Assembly (NCBI GenBank): GCA_001804885.1
Contig: MHBM01000157.1
Span: 16,629-80,628 of the forward strand
Direction: 5' to 3'
Length of the DNA: 64,000 bases
DNA from: Lentisphaerae bacterium RIFOXYA12_FULL_48_11
GTDB lineage: Bacteria; Verrucomicrobiota; Kiritimatiellia; UBA8416; YA12-FULL-48-11
The notes beneath the pieces were generated by a model that was not told the origin of the DNA, did no database searches, and was given only the letters and a program-made list of their open reading frames with translations. A program made the translations under genes and the position numbers. This document shows, piece after piece, positions 44,824 to 55,789 of the stretch (position 1 is the first letter of the stretch; each line of letters starts with the position of its first letter).

Positions 44824-45963
44824 TTAACTTCTGCCGTCCATTATCTGCTCATACGTGGCTTCCAGCGTTGCAATGGTCCGCCGCATATCAAAATCTTTAA
44901 TCCTCACCAGCACATTATTCCGGATATTCTCCAGGAGTTTATCATCTTTGAAAAGACGCAGAATTAAATCAGCCATCATCTCATGATCACCGGGCTCAAA
45001 CAGAAGCGCTGTTTTCCCATTCTCAAGGATCTCCCCTTGTCCATCCGCCGTCGACGCAACCGGTACATTTCCTATTGCCATGGCTTCATAAAGAGTATTC
45101 GGAGTGCCTTCCTGATGGCTGGGAAAGAGCTGAACATCAAAACACTGTATCACACTTAAAACGTCCGGCCGATACCCCAGGAATTTAATATTCTTCTCCA
45201 TATTATTCTCAACCACCCACCGGCGAAGAACATCCTGGTATCTACCATCACCTACAACCCAAAGATAAACGTTCGGCATTTCTTTCAAAACCAGCTGCAG
45301 TGCTTTGAACGCATCGATATGACCCTTGTGACTTTCAAGCCGACTCACAATGCCCAGCACCTTATTCCCCGGCTTGATCCCCTGCTCACGCCGGAACGAA
45401 ATGATCCATTCAGAATGAGCCTTCTTAACACCGTCAAGCGGTATCCCGCTATAGAGAACCTTGACAATCAAACTTGAGATATAACGTTTTTCAACCGTAA
45501 ATTTTCTGGTCGACTCAGAAACTGCAAACGCATATCTCGTGCTGGGTCCTAGAAGCCATTCTATAGGCCGCATGAATAGTGGTACAGTCCGATAATTACA
45601 CCGTTCATGCACAATAACAGGTTTCCCCATCAGCATACCTGCGATGCGCCCCCATAAGCAGGCTCCGTAGCCATGAGCATGAATAATGTCAACCTTTTCG
45701 CTCGAGACGATCTGCATCAATTTTAACAGGTTACGTGGATCAAATTTACCATAGCCAAGATATAGCGGTGTTATTCCAGCAGCGATGAACCTTTCCTCTG
45801 CTGCTTTTATTGTACCACCCCTGCTGCACAAGAGAACCCTGAACCGATTCTTGTCAAAGGCAGGGATCCACAGCTCAAAAGAGCGTGCAACCCCATGAAA
45901 AGAGCTCTGCTCGTTACCAAAATGCTCGCAAAGCTGGAGTACAGTTATCGGTCTGGAATTCAT
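44824..45963 (-). CDS. glycosyltransferase family 4
   Basis: FPSHQEGTPNTLYEAMAIGNVPVASTADGQGEILENGKTALLFEP is the GT4 E-X7-E region. The likely start is MNSRPITVLQL at 45963. Confidence 0.7.
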   Translation of the reverse strand: MNSRPITVLQLCEHFGNEQSSFHGVARSFELWIPAFDKNRFRVLLCSRGGTIKAAEERFIAAGITPLYLGYGKFDPRNLLKLMQIVSSEKVDIIHAHGYGACLWGRIAGMLMGKPVIVHERCNYRTVPLFMRPIEWLLGPSTRYAFAVSESTRKFTVEKRYISSLIVKVLYSGIPLDGVKKAHSEWIISFRREQGIKPGNKVLGIVSRLESHKGHIDAFKALQLVLKEMPNVYLWVVGDGRYQDVLRRWVVENNMEKNIKFLGYRPDVLSVIQCFDVQLFPSHQEGTPNTLYEAMAIGNVPVASTADGQGEILENGKTALLFEPGDHEMMADLILRLFKDDKLLENIRNNVLVRIKDFDMRRTIATLEATYEQIMDGRS

Positions 45964-46067
45964 AATATTTGAGCAAACTAACCGATTGTTTCTGCACAGA
46001 CAAGAGTTCATTTACCGGATCAGAAATCATGGGATAGACACGACAGAGAATAGATTGAACAGAGAAA

Positions 46068-46805
46068 CTACCTGGAACGTGTGACTTTAGCAGGCGCTCC
46101 AACCGCAATAGAGTTGGAAGGTAAATCAGATGTAACAACCGCACCAGCACCGACTACTGTGCCTGTTCCTATGGTGACTCCATCCAAAACGGTTACACCC
46201 GCACCAATCCAGGCATTTGCCTCTATTTTGATACCCTTCGCCACACGTTTCTGGTCAATAATCGCGACATCACTGAGAGAGAAATCGTGTCCACCGCCAA
46301 CAATGTAAGAATAAGCCGCCACCAGAACCTTCTCTCCTATTTCCACATAATTTGAGGAAGTAATGTCACAATTGAACCCGATATTCACATGGTCACCAAG
46401 GACTATGTCACCATTCTTGCAGTGAAGAATACTGTTCCGTCCTATAAATACTCCCGAACCGATTGTGATTCCATGGTTGGAATCACCCTTGGCATCAAGG
46501 AGACAATTGTCATCGACCACCACATTGTCACCCATAGAGATTTTATGGGGATGTCGGAGAATGGTATTCACTCCAAAAACAACATTTCTACCAACTCGCC
46601 CCAGCAGCCATGGATATGTCAGACGGCGAAGAACAAGACCCAAAGCCCCGGGGACCGCCGAAAAGAAAGTAATTATAAACTCATACTTGAGTAAAGCCAT
46701 TAAACTACGTGATCCTATCACAAGATCCTGGTATTTCCGTAAAGAGGACCTGCTTTCATCAAAAAGATTCTTCTGGATATCCAATATCTGCCTGTCTTCC
46801 GTCAT
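46068..46805 (-). CDS. hexapeptide-repeat (left-handed beta-helix) sugar O-acetyltransferase, membrane-anchored
   Basis: Repeating [LIV]-G-x-x-x-x hexads (IGSGVFIGRNSILHCKNGDIVLGDHVNIG, IGAGVTVLDGVTIGTGTVVGAGAVV). An N-terminal transmembrane segment. Confidence 0.7.
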   Translation of the reverse strand: MTEDRQILDIQKNLFDESRSSLRKYQDLVIGSRSLMALLKYEFIITFFSAVPGALGLVLRRLTYPWLLGRVGRNVVFGVNTILRHPHKISMGDNVVVDDNCLLDAKGDSNHGITIGSGVFIGRNSILHCKNGDIVLGDHVNIGFNCDITSSNYVEIGEKVLVAAYSYIVGGGHDFSLSDVAIIDQKRVAKGIKIEANAWIGAGVTVLDGVTIGTGTVVGAGAVVTSDLPSNSIAVGAPAKVTRSR

Positions 46806-46942
46806 TTCCTTTAAGATGCGCTATCAGAGACAATTTGTCAAATCTGCAGGATTCGGGCACATAACATCAAAAAGACAGAAGACTTGCCTCATATTCCATT
46901 AAGTGATACCTACATCAGCTAATAGAACTCATTTTAAGCGTT

Positions 46943-49726
46943 ATGTCAGCAATCACTGGTACTAAGAAGATCTGGTTCGTGCTACTTGCGGTTACAGCCA
47001 TTTTGGGGCTGTATCTTCGATGTTCCGGCACCTTTCGCGGTCTGGACGTCCCCTACTTTTACCATCCCGACGAGATGAAGCAGGTCACGGCTCTGCATAA
47101 TTATCTGCAGGGTCATTATGTCTGGTATACAGGAAGTTTATTCTATGATGGATATCCTTACGGCTTGAATCATGTAGACGAATGGCTTCTGAGACCTGTA
47201 TTGCCGCTACGGAACCTCGTTCTTCGCACGCTGTACGGGACAAGCACAAACCCCACAATACCCGCCATGCCTGAAATGTATTACTGGGCTCGCGGTCTGC
47301 GCATTCTTTATGGCATGGTAATCCTATGGCTGGTCTTCATTACAGCAAGGAAACTCTTTGATAAGCCGGGGCCATGCTGGCTGGCCGTAATGCTGACGGC
47401 GATCGCCCCGCTTTCTGTCTGTGTTTCACATTTTGCAACTGGTGATATTGGTGTCGATCTGTTTGGAACCCTGACAATCCTGATGCTCTGTCTTTATGCT
47501 GACACAGACAAATTACGTTATATTTTCCTGGGAGGTATGACCACGGGCTTGGCATTTGGCTGCAAGTACAACGGCATGCTGCTTGGAATTATAATAGCTG
47601 TATACGCATTAATGCAGCTGTTCAGCGAGAAACGTTTTAAGACATTTCTTCTTCAAGGCATTACTGCAGCATCAGGCTGTATCACTGGCATTCTGATCAG
47701 TACTCCGGCATTCCTTATTAACTTCCGCCAGACACGCAAAGATATGATTGATAACTTTACATTCATAAAAAACTACGAAGTAGACCCTGATTTTGTCGCA
47801 AAACCCTTTCACATCAAAGCATGGTTTGGACTTACACAAAACACGCCAATGATTCTGCAGGCATTCGGATGGACAGTTGTAACACTTGCAGCAATGGGAT
47901 TGATTATTGCAATCTGGAAATACTGCGACAAATCCACAAGCGAACCGTCACGAGACATGAAAAACAGGGCTGCCGCAGCTCTTTACAGCCTCCCCTTCTT
48001 AGCTTTATTAATATCACTTACAGGCAAACCGAACATTCAGCCTTTCCACTTCTCCTACATACAGATTCCCCTCATCCTTGGAGCTGTCTCGACAATTACA
48101 TGGCTGTGGCAAAACAAACCGAAGTGGTCACATATTCTCTCGGTAATATGCAGCATCGCTGTGATTGTCGAACTTGGCGCCGGAATGACGGCAGAGAACT
48201 TCTTCTGGCAGCGCGAAGACAACATTCTCTTTGCCAGGGAAATGCCAGGCAGCTTCTCCCAAAATGCATCCAACACATCCAATCAGGTCATTAAGAACAT
48301 CTACCTTGAGTCTGGCGGAGTTTCTGCATTTCGGAATCGAGAGAATGCTGTAAAATGTCAGCTTAACAAAACATGGAACTCACTCCAGAGCCTGCCGGTG
48401 CCTGCGATTCCATACCCTGCTGATCATGAATGGATATTCCTGAACGGACCTACATTCCCGCGCAATGATCGCATGTTTACTATAAACAACAACGAAATCA
48501 GGAACAAACACCTTGTCCTGCACAGTAGACCCAGAGAAATAAAGGTCGGACTGCGTTCAAGCGCCTGGCCGGTACAAACGACTGTAAACATCGGCAATGA
48601 CATGCAGGAACTGTTCCTGGAACCAAACGAACAGCGCATACTGACATTTACACCCCGCAAATGGCGCCACTGCCCCGACAATGACTCAGATCGCGAATCT
48701 TTTATTGTTCCAATCGATATTGAAACAAAAACCGGAAACCTTGTGGCGACTGTTTTAGCTTCCGAGTCTGAGAAAAACGCCTTTATGGTATTCGGAGGTA
48801 CCGCCACCAATTATACTGATATCCTCCCTCAGGATAAGGATACAGAAACACTTAGAGAATGCCTGCAGCAAAGCCGCTACATTGAAACCAACCATTGCAA
48901 TATCCGTTTCATCGCCACTAAACACCATTCCACCAAAAAAGATCTGCCGCAAACAGGCATGTTCCTGTCCTGCGGGGCATATGAACTCGAATGCGATATA
49001 TGCGGCCTCGCCCCTACATCAATAGTAACATTTGCCCTGACTGACGGTTTCGGCTCCTTGAAACAACCGGCAACAGAGCTAACAATAACACCCGGGGTAC
49101 AGCAGATAACTTATCGCTTCTCAAAAAACTTTGCCCCCTATTACTGCCAGGTACAGATCCAATGTAAAAGCGGGAAACTTGACCTTGAATCGTGGCGAAT
49201 TCGCCCGGACATAAAAGCCATAACAGACAGTCTGAAAACATGGCGCGAGACGAACATAGCACCAGAATGGATGCAACGTTACCCAACGAAGGCAGCATGG
49301 GAAGGATGCAAATCAGAACTTCATAACGTCATCTTTGATAAAGCCATATCCCTGAAGAACCTGGAATATTCGCCCTCTGTTAAAAACGGGAAATCATTTT
49401 CAGTACGGCCGATGATTTCAACAACTTGTTCAAGTTATTCCGCTTACGATGTCACAACCCTGTTCTTCCATATTCTGGACCAGAATGGCAAACAGGTTGC
49501 GGCCTTCGACATCTCATTGCGTGATGCCGTTGCGAATGCTTATGCCGGCACAGCCACCACCCTGACCGAAACATTCAATATCCCTGCCGGAAATTACGAG
49601 CTGTGGACAGGCATCTGGAACACCCGCACACACAAGCGTTTGAGCATATCGGGGGGAACGTACCCCAGAAAAGACAGCCGAAGACATCGGATTCTTGCAG
49701 GAACACTCACTGTTACCCAGCCCTGA
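46943..49726 (+). CDS. GT-C-fold glycosyltransferase (ArnT/PMT-like N-terminal membrane domain) with large C-terminal extracytoplasmic domain
   Basis: A first-loop acidic motif YHPDEMKQ follows transmembrane helix 1. About 11 helices span ~430 aa, then a ~490-aa soluble domain. Family assignment is tentative. Confidence 0.45.
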   Translation: MSAITGTKKIWFVLLAVTAILGLYLRCSGTFRGLDVPYFYHPDEMKQVTALHNYLQGHYVWYTGSLFYDGYPYGLNHVDEWLLRPVLPLRNLVLRTLYGTSTNPTIPAMPEMYYWARGLRILYGMVILWLVFITARKLFDKPGPCWLAVMLTAIAPLSVCVSHFATGDIGVDLFGTLTILMLCLYADTDKLRYIFLGGMTTGLAFGCKYNGMLLGIIIAVYALMQLFSEKRFKTFLLQGITAASGCITGILISTPAFLINFRQTRKDMIDNFTFIKNYEVDPDFVAKPFHIKAWFGLTQNTPMILQAFGWTVVTLAAMGLIIAIWKYCDKSTSEPSRDMKNRAAAALYSLPFLALLISLTGKPNIQPFHFSYIQIPLILGAVSTITWLWQNKPKWSHILSVICSIAVIVELGAGMTAENFFWQREDNILFAREMPGSFSQNASNTSNQVIKNIYLESGGVSAFRNRENAVKCQLNKTWNSLQSLPVPAIPYPADHEWIFLNGPTFPRNDRMFTINNNEIRNKHLVLHSRPREIKVGLRSSAWPVQTTVNIGNDMQELFLEPNEQRILTFTPRKWRHCPDNDSDRESFIVPIDIETKTGNLVATVLASESEKNAFMVFGGTATNYTDILPQDKDTETLRECLQQSRYIETNHCNIRFIATKHHSTKKDLPQTGMFLSCGAYELECDICGLAPTSIVTFALTDGFGSLKQPATELTITPGVQQITYRFSKNFAPYYCQVQIQCKSGKLDLESWRIRPDIKAITDSLKTWRETNIAPEWMQRYPTKAAWEGCKSELHNVIFDKAISLKNLEYSPSVKNGKSFSVRPMISTTCSSYSAYDVTTLFFHILDQNGKQVAAFDISLRDAVANAYAGTATTLTETFNIPAGNYELWTGIWNTRTHKRLSISGGTYPRKDSRRHRILAGTLTVTQP

Positions 49727-49830
49727 TCCTTCAGGCTCCTCCCTTGACAACATCCGTGGAATCGTTAAGTTGAACAGAGAAATCAGCGTGACGGGAATCC
49801 CGGATTAAGTAATACTGTGAGCAAATTGTA

Positions 49831-50973
49831 ATGGCATGCCAGATTCCATTTGAGGAACGAAAGACACCGTGGCGAGGCATACTGGACCTCGCATCCGGTT
49901 GTTACCCTCGATTTCTGTTTGGCGGATCAATAGATGACATCCTTCCGGTATTTCACTTTCACGATGTTACACCGCAATCACTCGAGCCTTACCTGATTTA
50001 CCTGGCCGAAAACGGTTACCAGACTGTTACCAGCGAGACTATCAGCGCCTTCGTGGTTGGCGGCGCCTATCCGGGAAAAAGGAGCATCGCACTGACATTT
50101 GATGATGCCTGGCTGAGCCTTTGGACCGTAGCCTTGCCATTGCTCAAAAAATACAATTTCGCCGCAATTGCATATGTCAGTCCAGGCAGAGTTCCTGAAG
50201 CCCAAATCGTTCGCCCTAAAATGACAGACAAGGGGTGGAAATCCTCACATATAATGAATACTAATTTCGCCTCATGGCCGGAACTCACGGCAATCCATGA
50301 ATCCGGTATAATAGACCTTCAGGCCCATTCATTCAGTCATTCAGTCATATTCTGCGATAACCTGATAACAGGATTCGTCACACCGGAATATAACCCTCAC
50401 ATTCATTTGCGGCCGCTCATGAATGATATGATGCCTTATACCTATGTTTCCGTAAATGATCTTGGATGCCCCCTTTATGCACAGCGCTCAAGAATGTCAG
50501 ATGCTTTCCGTTTCTTTGAACCAGTAGAAACAAGATATCGATGTGTGGATTTTGTCAAAAGTGAAGGCGGAAGGGCATTCTTCCAACGGCCAGACTGGAC
50601 TGAAGTTCTCAAAAAGATTGCCTGGGAGGGATCCGGCAGATTCGAAACGGAAGAAATGCGTCGAAAATCCATCCTTGATGAATTATTTGAAGCCAGGGAA
50701 TTTCTATCATCGCGGCTGTCAGGTCACAAGGTGAACCAGATGTGTTTTCCATTCGCCATAAGCGGGAAGGTTGCCGAATCGCTGCTGAAAGAAGCTGGAT
50801 TTATAACTGCGTTTGCAGACCGGCTTTTCGGATCTCGTGCCGTCATGTATGGCAACAACCCGTACAGGCTGATGCGATTAAAACACGACTTCATTTACTG
50901 TCTACCCGGAAACGGACGTCAGGGTTTTATGACGGCCTGGCAAAATAGCAAAAGGAATGATTCTTCCAAATGA
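49831..50973 (+). CDS. polysaccharide deacetylase (NodB homology / CE4)
   Basis: NodB motif 1 is ALTFDDAW and motif 2 is LQAHSFSHS. Confidence 0.75.
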   Translation: MACQIPFEERKTPWRGILDLASGCYPRFLFGGSIDDILPVFHFHDVTPQSLEPYLIYLAENGYQTVTSETISAFVVGGAYPGKRSIALTFDDAWLSLWTVALPLLKKYNFAAIAYVSPGRVPEAQIVRPKMTDKGWKSSHIMNTNFASWPELTAIHESGIIDLQAHSFSHSVIFCDNLITGFVTPEYNPHIHLRPLMNDMMPYTYVSVNDLGCPLYAQRSRMSDAFRFFEPVETRYRCVDFVKSEGGRAFFQRPDWTEVLKKIAWEGSGRFETEEMRRKSILDELFEAREFLSSRLSGHKVNQMCFPFAISGKVAESLLKEAGFITAFADRLFGSRAVMYGNNPYRLMRLKHDFIYCLPGNGRQGFMTAWQNSKRNDSSK

Positions 50974-52211
50974 GACCAGAATCAAAATATCCGCGGATTT
51001 GTCTCCTGACCAATTCATTCCATCCAGTGATTGGCGGCGGAGAAACGCACGCACTTCTTCTCTGCAGGGAATGGCTGAAACGCGGTGCATCTGTTTTTGT
51101 AATGACGCGCCGGATTACCTCTGACCTCAAAAGAGAAGAAAACACCGACGGCCTGACGATCAGACGATTATCGCCATCAGGATTTCGCCAGTTCGGAAAA
51201 TACCTGATGATCATTCCAACATACCTTGAATTGCTCCAGAGGCGAAACGAATATGACGTTATTTATGTCTGTGGTCTTCGAACCGCAGGGCTACCAGCCA
51301 CAATGGCAGCTTTGCGCCTTGGCAAAACCTGCATACTCCGATCTGAAAGCAGAGGTGAGTTTTCCGGCGATTTCATATGGAACAGCCCGGATCCAGCGAT
51401 AAGGAAGACCAGCCTCAAACCGTTAATTCGAGTGTATCTTAAATGGCGAAACAAGATCCTCATGAAAGCCGCTGGATTTATCAGCATTTCCCGGGACATT
51501 CAGAATGAGTTCAACAACGCAGGGATCCCCACATCAAAAAATAATCTTATTTATAATGGGATTGATACCGGAAGTTTTGAACCGGCGGAAAATGATTTAC
51601 GCAAAAAACGCCGGAAAGAATTTAACCTGCCACTGGATAAGAAACTTTTCGCTTACTCCGGCAAACTAAATAAGGGTAAAGGGCTTGAAATGCTCCTAAG
51701 AGTCTGGAAAAAGCTGGCAGGTGAACGCAAGGATTGTCACCTGGTCCTGATTGGAGGAGGAGGCGAACAATTCCTGTCGTGCGAGCAGGAATTACGTGAC
51801 TTCGCATCACGGGAAGAACTGCAGGAAAGCGTGACTTTTGCAGGATTCCAGACGGAAATGAACAAATATCTGCAGGCCGTGGACTTCTTTGTATTTCCAT
51901 CAGAGAGCGAAGCGCTGTCTATTGCACTTCTCGAGGCACAGTCATGCGGACTCCCCTGCCTTGTATCGGATATCACCGGCAACCGTGATATCATCGAGAA
52001 CAATGTCAATGGCCGACTTATCCCGGTGAAAGATGAACCTGCCTGGCTGGAGATTATGAAGAATGCACTGAATAGTCCTGACAGCTACAATGTGCTCGGA
52101 CAAAAAGCCCGCGCTAATGTTATTCAGCGCTTTAGCATAGCCACGGTGGCTGACAAACATCTAGCACTGTTCAGGAGTCTGGATTCAGCAACAGGGAATC
52201 GCACAACATGA
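50970..52211 (+). CDS. glycosyltransferase family 4
   Basis: The start ICLLTNSFHPVIGGGETHA and the E-X7-E region FPSESEALSIALLEAQSCGLP match GT4. ATGA overlaps on both sides. Confidence 0.75.
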   Translation: MRPESKYPRICLLTNSFHPVIGGGETHALLLCREWLKRGASVFVMTRRITSDLKREENTDGLTIRRLSPSGFRQFGKYLMIIPTYLELLQRRNEYDVIYVCGLRTAGLPATMAALRLGKTCILRSESRGEFSGDFIWNSPDPAIRKTSLKPLIRVYLKWRNKILMKAAGFISISRDIQNEFNNAGIPTSKNNLIYNGIDTGSFEPAENDLRKKRRKEFNLPLDKKLFAYSGKLNKGKGLEMLLRVWKKLAGERKDCHLVLIGGGGEQFLSCEQELRDFASREELQESVTFAGFQTEMNKYLQAVDFFVFPSESEALSIALLEAQSCGLPCLVSDITGNRDIIENNVNGRLIPVKDEPAWLEIMKNALNSPDSYNVLGQKARANVIQRFSIATVADKHLALFRSLDSATGNRTT

Positions 52212-53722
52212 CGGAAAGTAATACCCCTCCCGCCCTTCCTGAAGGCAAACGAATTGCCAGAAACACTTTCTGGAATATCATGGGGTTCTGCGCACCAGTA
52301 CTCGTCGCCATATTCTGCATTCCGCCAATGATCCGCGGCTTGGGCAAGGATCAATTTGGACTGCTGACGCTGGTATGGATGCTAGTAGGCTACTTCACCA
52401 TTTTCGACATGGGAATCGGTCGTGCCCTAACCAGGATAGCCGCCGAGCGAATCGGCCAGGGTAGAGAGAAAGAACTTCCCGGCCTATTTTGGACCTCGTG
52501 CCTGATAATGTTCCTACTGGGCGCAATTGCAGCAGTTATCGTCGCCATCCTATCACCCTGGCTTACCTCATCTGCCCTGAAGATCCCTGTCGAAATGCAG
52601 GCGCAGACTTTACGATCATTTCAGGTTGTGGCTATCAGCCTGCCTGTCGTCGTTATGACGGCAGGCATGATTGGCATTCTCGAAGCACGCCGGAAATTTG
52701 GACTTATTAATTTAATCAGGGTGCCGCTAGGTTCCTTCACTTTCATAGGTCCGCTACTGGTACTCCCATTCTCAAATAGCCTTTTTCCGGTAGTGTTAAT
52801 CCTAATTGCAGGCCGCATCATTGAATGGTTCTGTTATTTCATCATGTGCCTGCACGAGGTTCCCGAATTGCGGCACGGTTTCCGATGGAATTCAGCAGAA
52901 GTAAAACCATTAATGTCAACAGGAGGGTGGATCACTGTTTCAACGCTTCTCATGCCTTTCATGGTCCATATAGACCGTTTCCTCATCGGCAGCATTTTGA
53001 CCGTTGGCGTTGTAACTTATTATGCTACAGCGTCAGAAATTGTGGTGAAATTACTGATCTTTCCGCGCGCCTGGGTCTCCGTTCTCTTCCCGACTTTTGC
53101 AGAACATTTTGGACAACGCCAGGATCAAACCTCTGATTTGTTCGCACGGAGCCTGAGCTGGCTAATGGGAATTCTGCTGCCCGTCATTCTGATCGTGGTG
53201 GCATTTACTCCCGAAGGCTTTGAACTATGGCTGGGCAATGATTTCAGAATCAACAGTACCCCTGTCATGAGATTGCTCACTATCGGCATATTTGCTTACT
53301 GCCTGACTTATATTCCATTCTCGTTTCTCCAGGGAATCGGGAAGCCAAACATCCCTGCATATATCCACCTGATCGAATTCCCGCTGTTCGTACTTCTCGC
53401 CACCCACATGATAAAACTATACGGAATAAATGGCGCTGCAATGTCATGGGCAATAAGAGCCATACTGGAATTTGCAGTTATGCTGGTATTCTGCCGTAAG
53501 TTTGCCCCTGTAATAACTCAATATGGCATCAAGTGGATGCTTTGCGGAATCATCTCACTGGCAATGATGGGCGCAATTATCCTGTGCGAACCATTGCTCT
53601 GGCGAGCCCTGTTAACAGTTATTTTAATTATCAGCTGGGTCGTGATTGCCTGGAGATACCTTTTTGATTCCGGCGACCGGAACGAACTGATCCGCATAAT
53701 TAAAACCCGATCGATCCGCTGA
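52208..53722 (+). CDS. Wzx-type polysaccharide flippase (MOP superfamily)
   Basis: About 12 transmembrane helices. The start NTFWNIMGFCAPVLVAIFCIPPMIRGLGKDQFG is typical of Wzx. Confidence 0.7.
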   Translation: MTESNTPPALPEGKRIARNTFWNIMGFCAPVLVAIFCIPPMIRGLGKDQFGLLTLVWMLVGYFTIFDMGIGRALTRIAAERIGQGREKELPGLFWTSCLIMFLLGAIAAVIVAILSPWLTSSALKIPVEMQAQTLRSFQVVAISLPVVVMTAGMIGILEARRKFGLINLIRVPLGSFTFIGPLLVLPFSNSLFPVVLILIAGRIIEWFCYFIMCLHEVPELRHGFRWNSAEVKPLMSTGGWITVSTLLMPFMVHIDRFLIGSILTVGVVTYYATASEIVVKLLIFPRAWVSVLFPTFAEHFGQRQDQTSDLFARSLSWLMGILLPVILIVVAFTPEGFELWLGNDFRINSTPVMRLLTIGIFAYCLTYIPFSFLQGIGKPNIPAYIHLIEFPLFVLLATHMIKLYGINGAAMSWAIRAILEFAVMLVFCRKFAPVITQYGIKWMLCGIISLAMMGAIILCEPLLWRALLTVILIISWVVIAWRYLFDSGDRNELIRIIKTRSIR

Positions 53723-53800
53723 TTTTATCAGCGATTTATATAATTACTTTGCCTGCCATCTTAAAATGGAATAAATTCTCAAGAGTCTTATAAAAACACT

Positions 53801-55789
53801 ATGAAAAGACTTTTATTGGTTATTGCCATAATACTGGGTGTGGCAGCCATTGTCCTGAGATTATATTTTTTCGAGGTAGGGGCAAAAGCCATTCCGGCAT
53901 TTGACGATGAGTGCAAGATCTCGCTCCAGGCAAAACAGATTGCGAGAGGGCAATTGCCATTACTGATCCTGGGATCGCCTTACGTATTCCCCTTGGAAGC
54001 TTATATTCAGGCCCCATTCATCAATCATCTGCCTCGGAATGCTTTTGGCGCAAGGGTCGTGGATTTCGCGATGGGCTTCATTACAATTATTCTTTCCCTT
54101 ATGATAATGAAAAGATGGGGCCCTTGGCGCAACACATGGCCGGGTGTAATCCTTATACTTTTTCCTTCGAGTTATTTGTTAATGCTGCAGGTTGGTTGTG
54201 CCTTGCCCGGCTATCCCACATTGATGATGTTGGCCAGCCTGGTTATCTGGCTGGCCCTGAAACATGCTGAAGTAAAACGGTTTAAATGGATTTTTGCTTT
54301 GCTGGGCGGTATTTGCGGAGGGTTGGCCGCCAGCGATACAATGCTTGCCCTTCCAATACTTGTTATGGGCGGCGCCATGATCGCAGTCGCAAACAACCGC
54401 CAGACAGCCATGATATCTGCACCAATATGCGGAATAGGAGGCCTCATTGGCTTCGCACCGCATTTGGCGGCCAAGTACATGAATCATGGAGCTTTTGATA
54501 CCGTCTTACAGAATGTCTCATTTACCAAAGCACTCAAGAAAATCATTTCACCCACTCTTGAAAAGACATTACCCTCAGCTTTTGGATGGGGACCCACAAT
54601 CTTCCCGGATCACAGGGAACGTGTTCCGTGGATTCAGGGTTTTGATTTCTACATAGGTATTATCCTGCTCCTTCTTCTCATCTTTTTTACAGTAGTAGTC
54701 ACGAGAAAGGCCGTACCAAGATGGCGGCAGGAACGCTGGCCGAGTGTTGACGCCAGCATGGCTTTTGCAGGAATAGCATGGATGTGCCTGGTACTGTTTA
54801 TAGCCAGCAGCCGCTCACATCATCACACATATCGTTATTTCATCCCGTTTGTATTAAGCTTCCCTTTCCTGATTGCTTATACCTACCAACAGTCGGGTAA
54901 GGCCACGCGTTGGGTATTAGGAATCCTCTCGCTCATGATTGCAGGCATGAACCTGACCGCAACAGCAGAAATAGTTCAGCGCTGGAACACGCCAGGATTC
55001 TCGGATTATCTTAAATGTTATGATCTGAAACCTGTATTCAGCTATCTGGAAGAGCGAGGAATCAACCGTTGTTACGGCACTTATACCGATGTTTACCGCA
55101 TAACTTACGAGAGTGACGAGAAGGTCATCTGCTGCCAGCCTCTTAATGAACGTTTTCCAGGATGGAACATTCCCTTCAGTGACACTGTAAACCAAGCAAC
55201 AAATGTGGCCTTTGTGCTGTCAGACTCCTACAGATTCAAACCGAATGACTTCGAAGCAGAGCTGAATGATATGCACACAAAGTACAGGAAGGAAACATGC
55301 GGCCATTATAAAGTTTATACTGATTTTGAGTTTCCACTTGAACCAGCCGGAAAAGAAGTTCCACCCGAGAAGCTGACAATCACCACATGTCATAACACGG
55401 AATCTGCCAAAGCTCTTAACGATGGAAACTACGGGAAACGTTGGCAGAGCTTTAAGCTTCAAGAGAAGGGAATGTGGGTTGAAATAGAATTATCCGAACC
55501 GCACCCTGTTTCACAAGTAAAGATTTATTACAATCAGTATCGTCACGACAGGGCAAAAAGGATGAAACTTGAAACATACGATGGATTTAAATGGACGACC
55601 CTCCTTGAGAATATTCCACATAAACTGGATATATTTGAATTCGTCAATGGACATCCATCTTATATGAACGAAGTTCATACTCTGCGGTTTCCAGCTGTTA
55701 CAACAACACGGCTAAAGCTGGAAATTACAGAACCGACGGAGAAAAGAGACTGGACAATGGGCGAGATCAGGGTTTTTGAGGCAAAATAG
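53801..55789 (+). CDS. polytopic membrane protein (GT-C/ArnT-like N-terminal domain) with C-terminal F5/8 type C (discoidin/CBM32-like) domain
   Basis: An N-terminal acidic loop (AFDDECK) is followed by ~10 helices. The C-terminus reads LNDGNYGKRWQS...GMWVEIELSEPHPVSQVKIYYNQ...EIRVFE, as in discoidin domains. Confidence 0.5.
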   Translation: MKRLLLVIAIILGVAAIVLRLYFFEVGAKAIPAFDDECKISLQAKQIARGQLPLLILGSPYVFPLEAYIQAPFINHLPRNAFGARVVDFAMGFITIILSLMIMKRWGPWRNTWPGVILILFPSSYLLMLQVGCALPGYPTLMMLASLVIWLALKHAEVKRFKWIFALLGGICGGLAASDTMLALPILVMGGAMIAVANNRQTAMISAPICGIGGLIGFAPHLAAKYMNHGAFDTVLQNVSFTKALKKIISPTLEKTLPSAFGWGPTIFPDHRERVPWIQGFDFYIGIILLLLLIFFTVVVTRKAVPRWRQERWPSVDASMAFAGIAWMCLVLFIASSRSHHHTYRYFIPFVLSFPFLIAYTYQQSGKATRWVLGILSLMIAGMNLTATAEIVQRWNTPGFSDYLKCYDLKPVFSYLEERGINRCYGTYTDVYRITYESDEKVICCQPLNERFPGWNIPFSDTVNQATNVAFVLSDSYRFKPNDFEAELNDMHTKYRKETCGHYKVYTDFEFPLEPAGKEVPPEKLTITTCHNTESAKALNDGNYGKRWQSFKLQEKGMWVEIELSEPHPVSQVKIYYNQYRHDRAKRMKLETYDGFKWTTLLENIPHKLDIFEFVNGHPSYMNEVHTLRFPAVTTTRLKLEITEPTEKRDWTMGEIRVFEAK

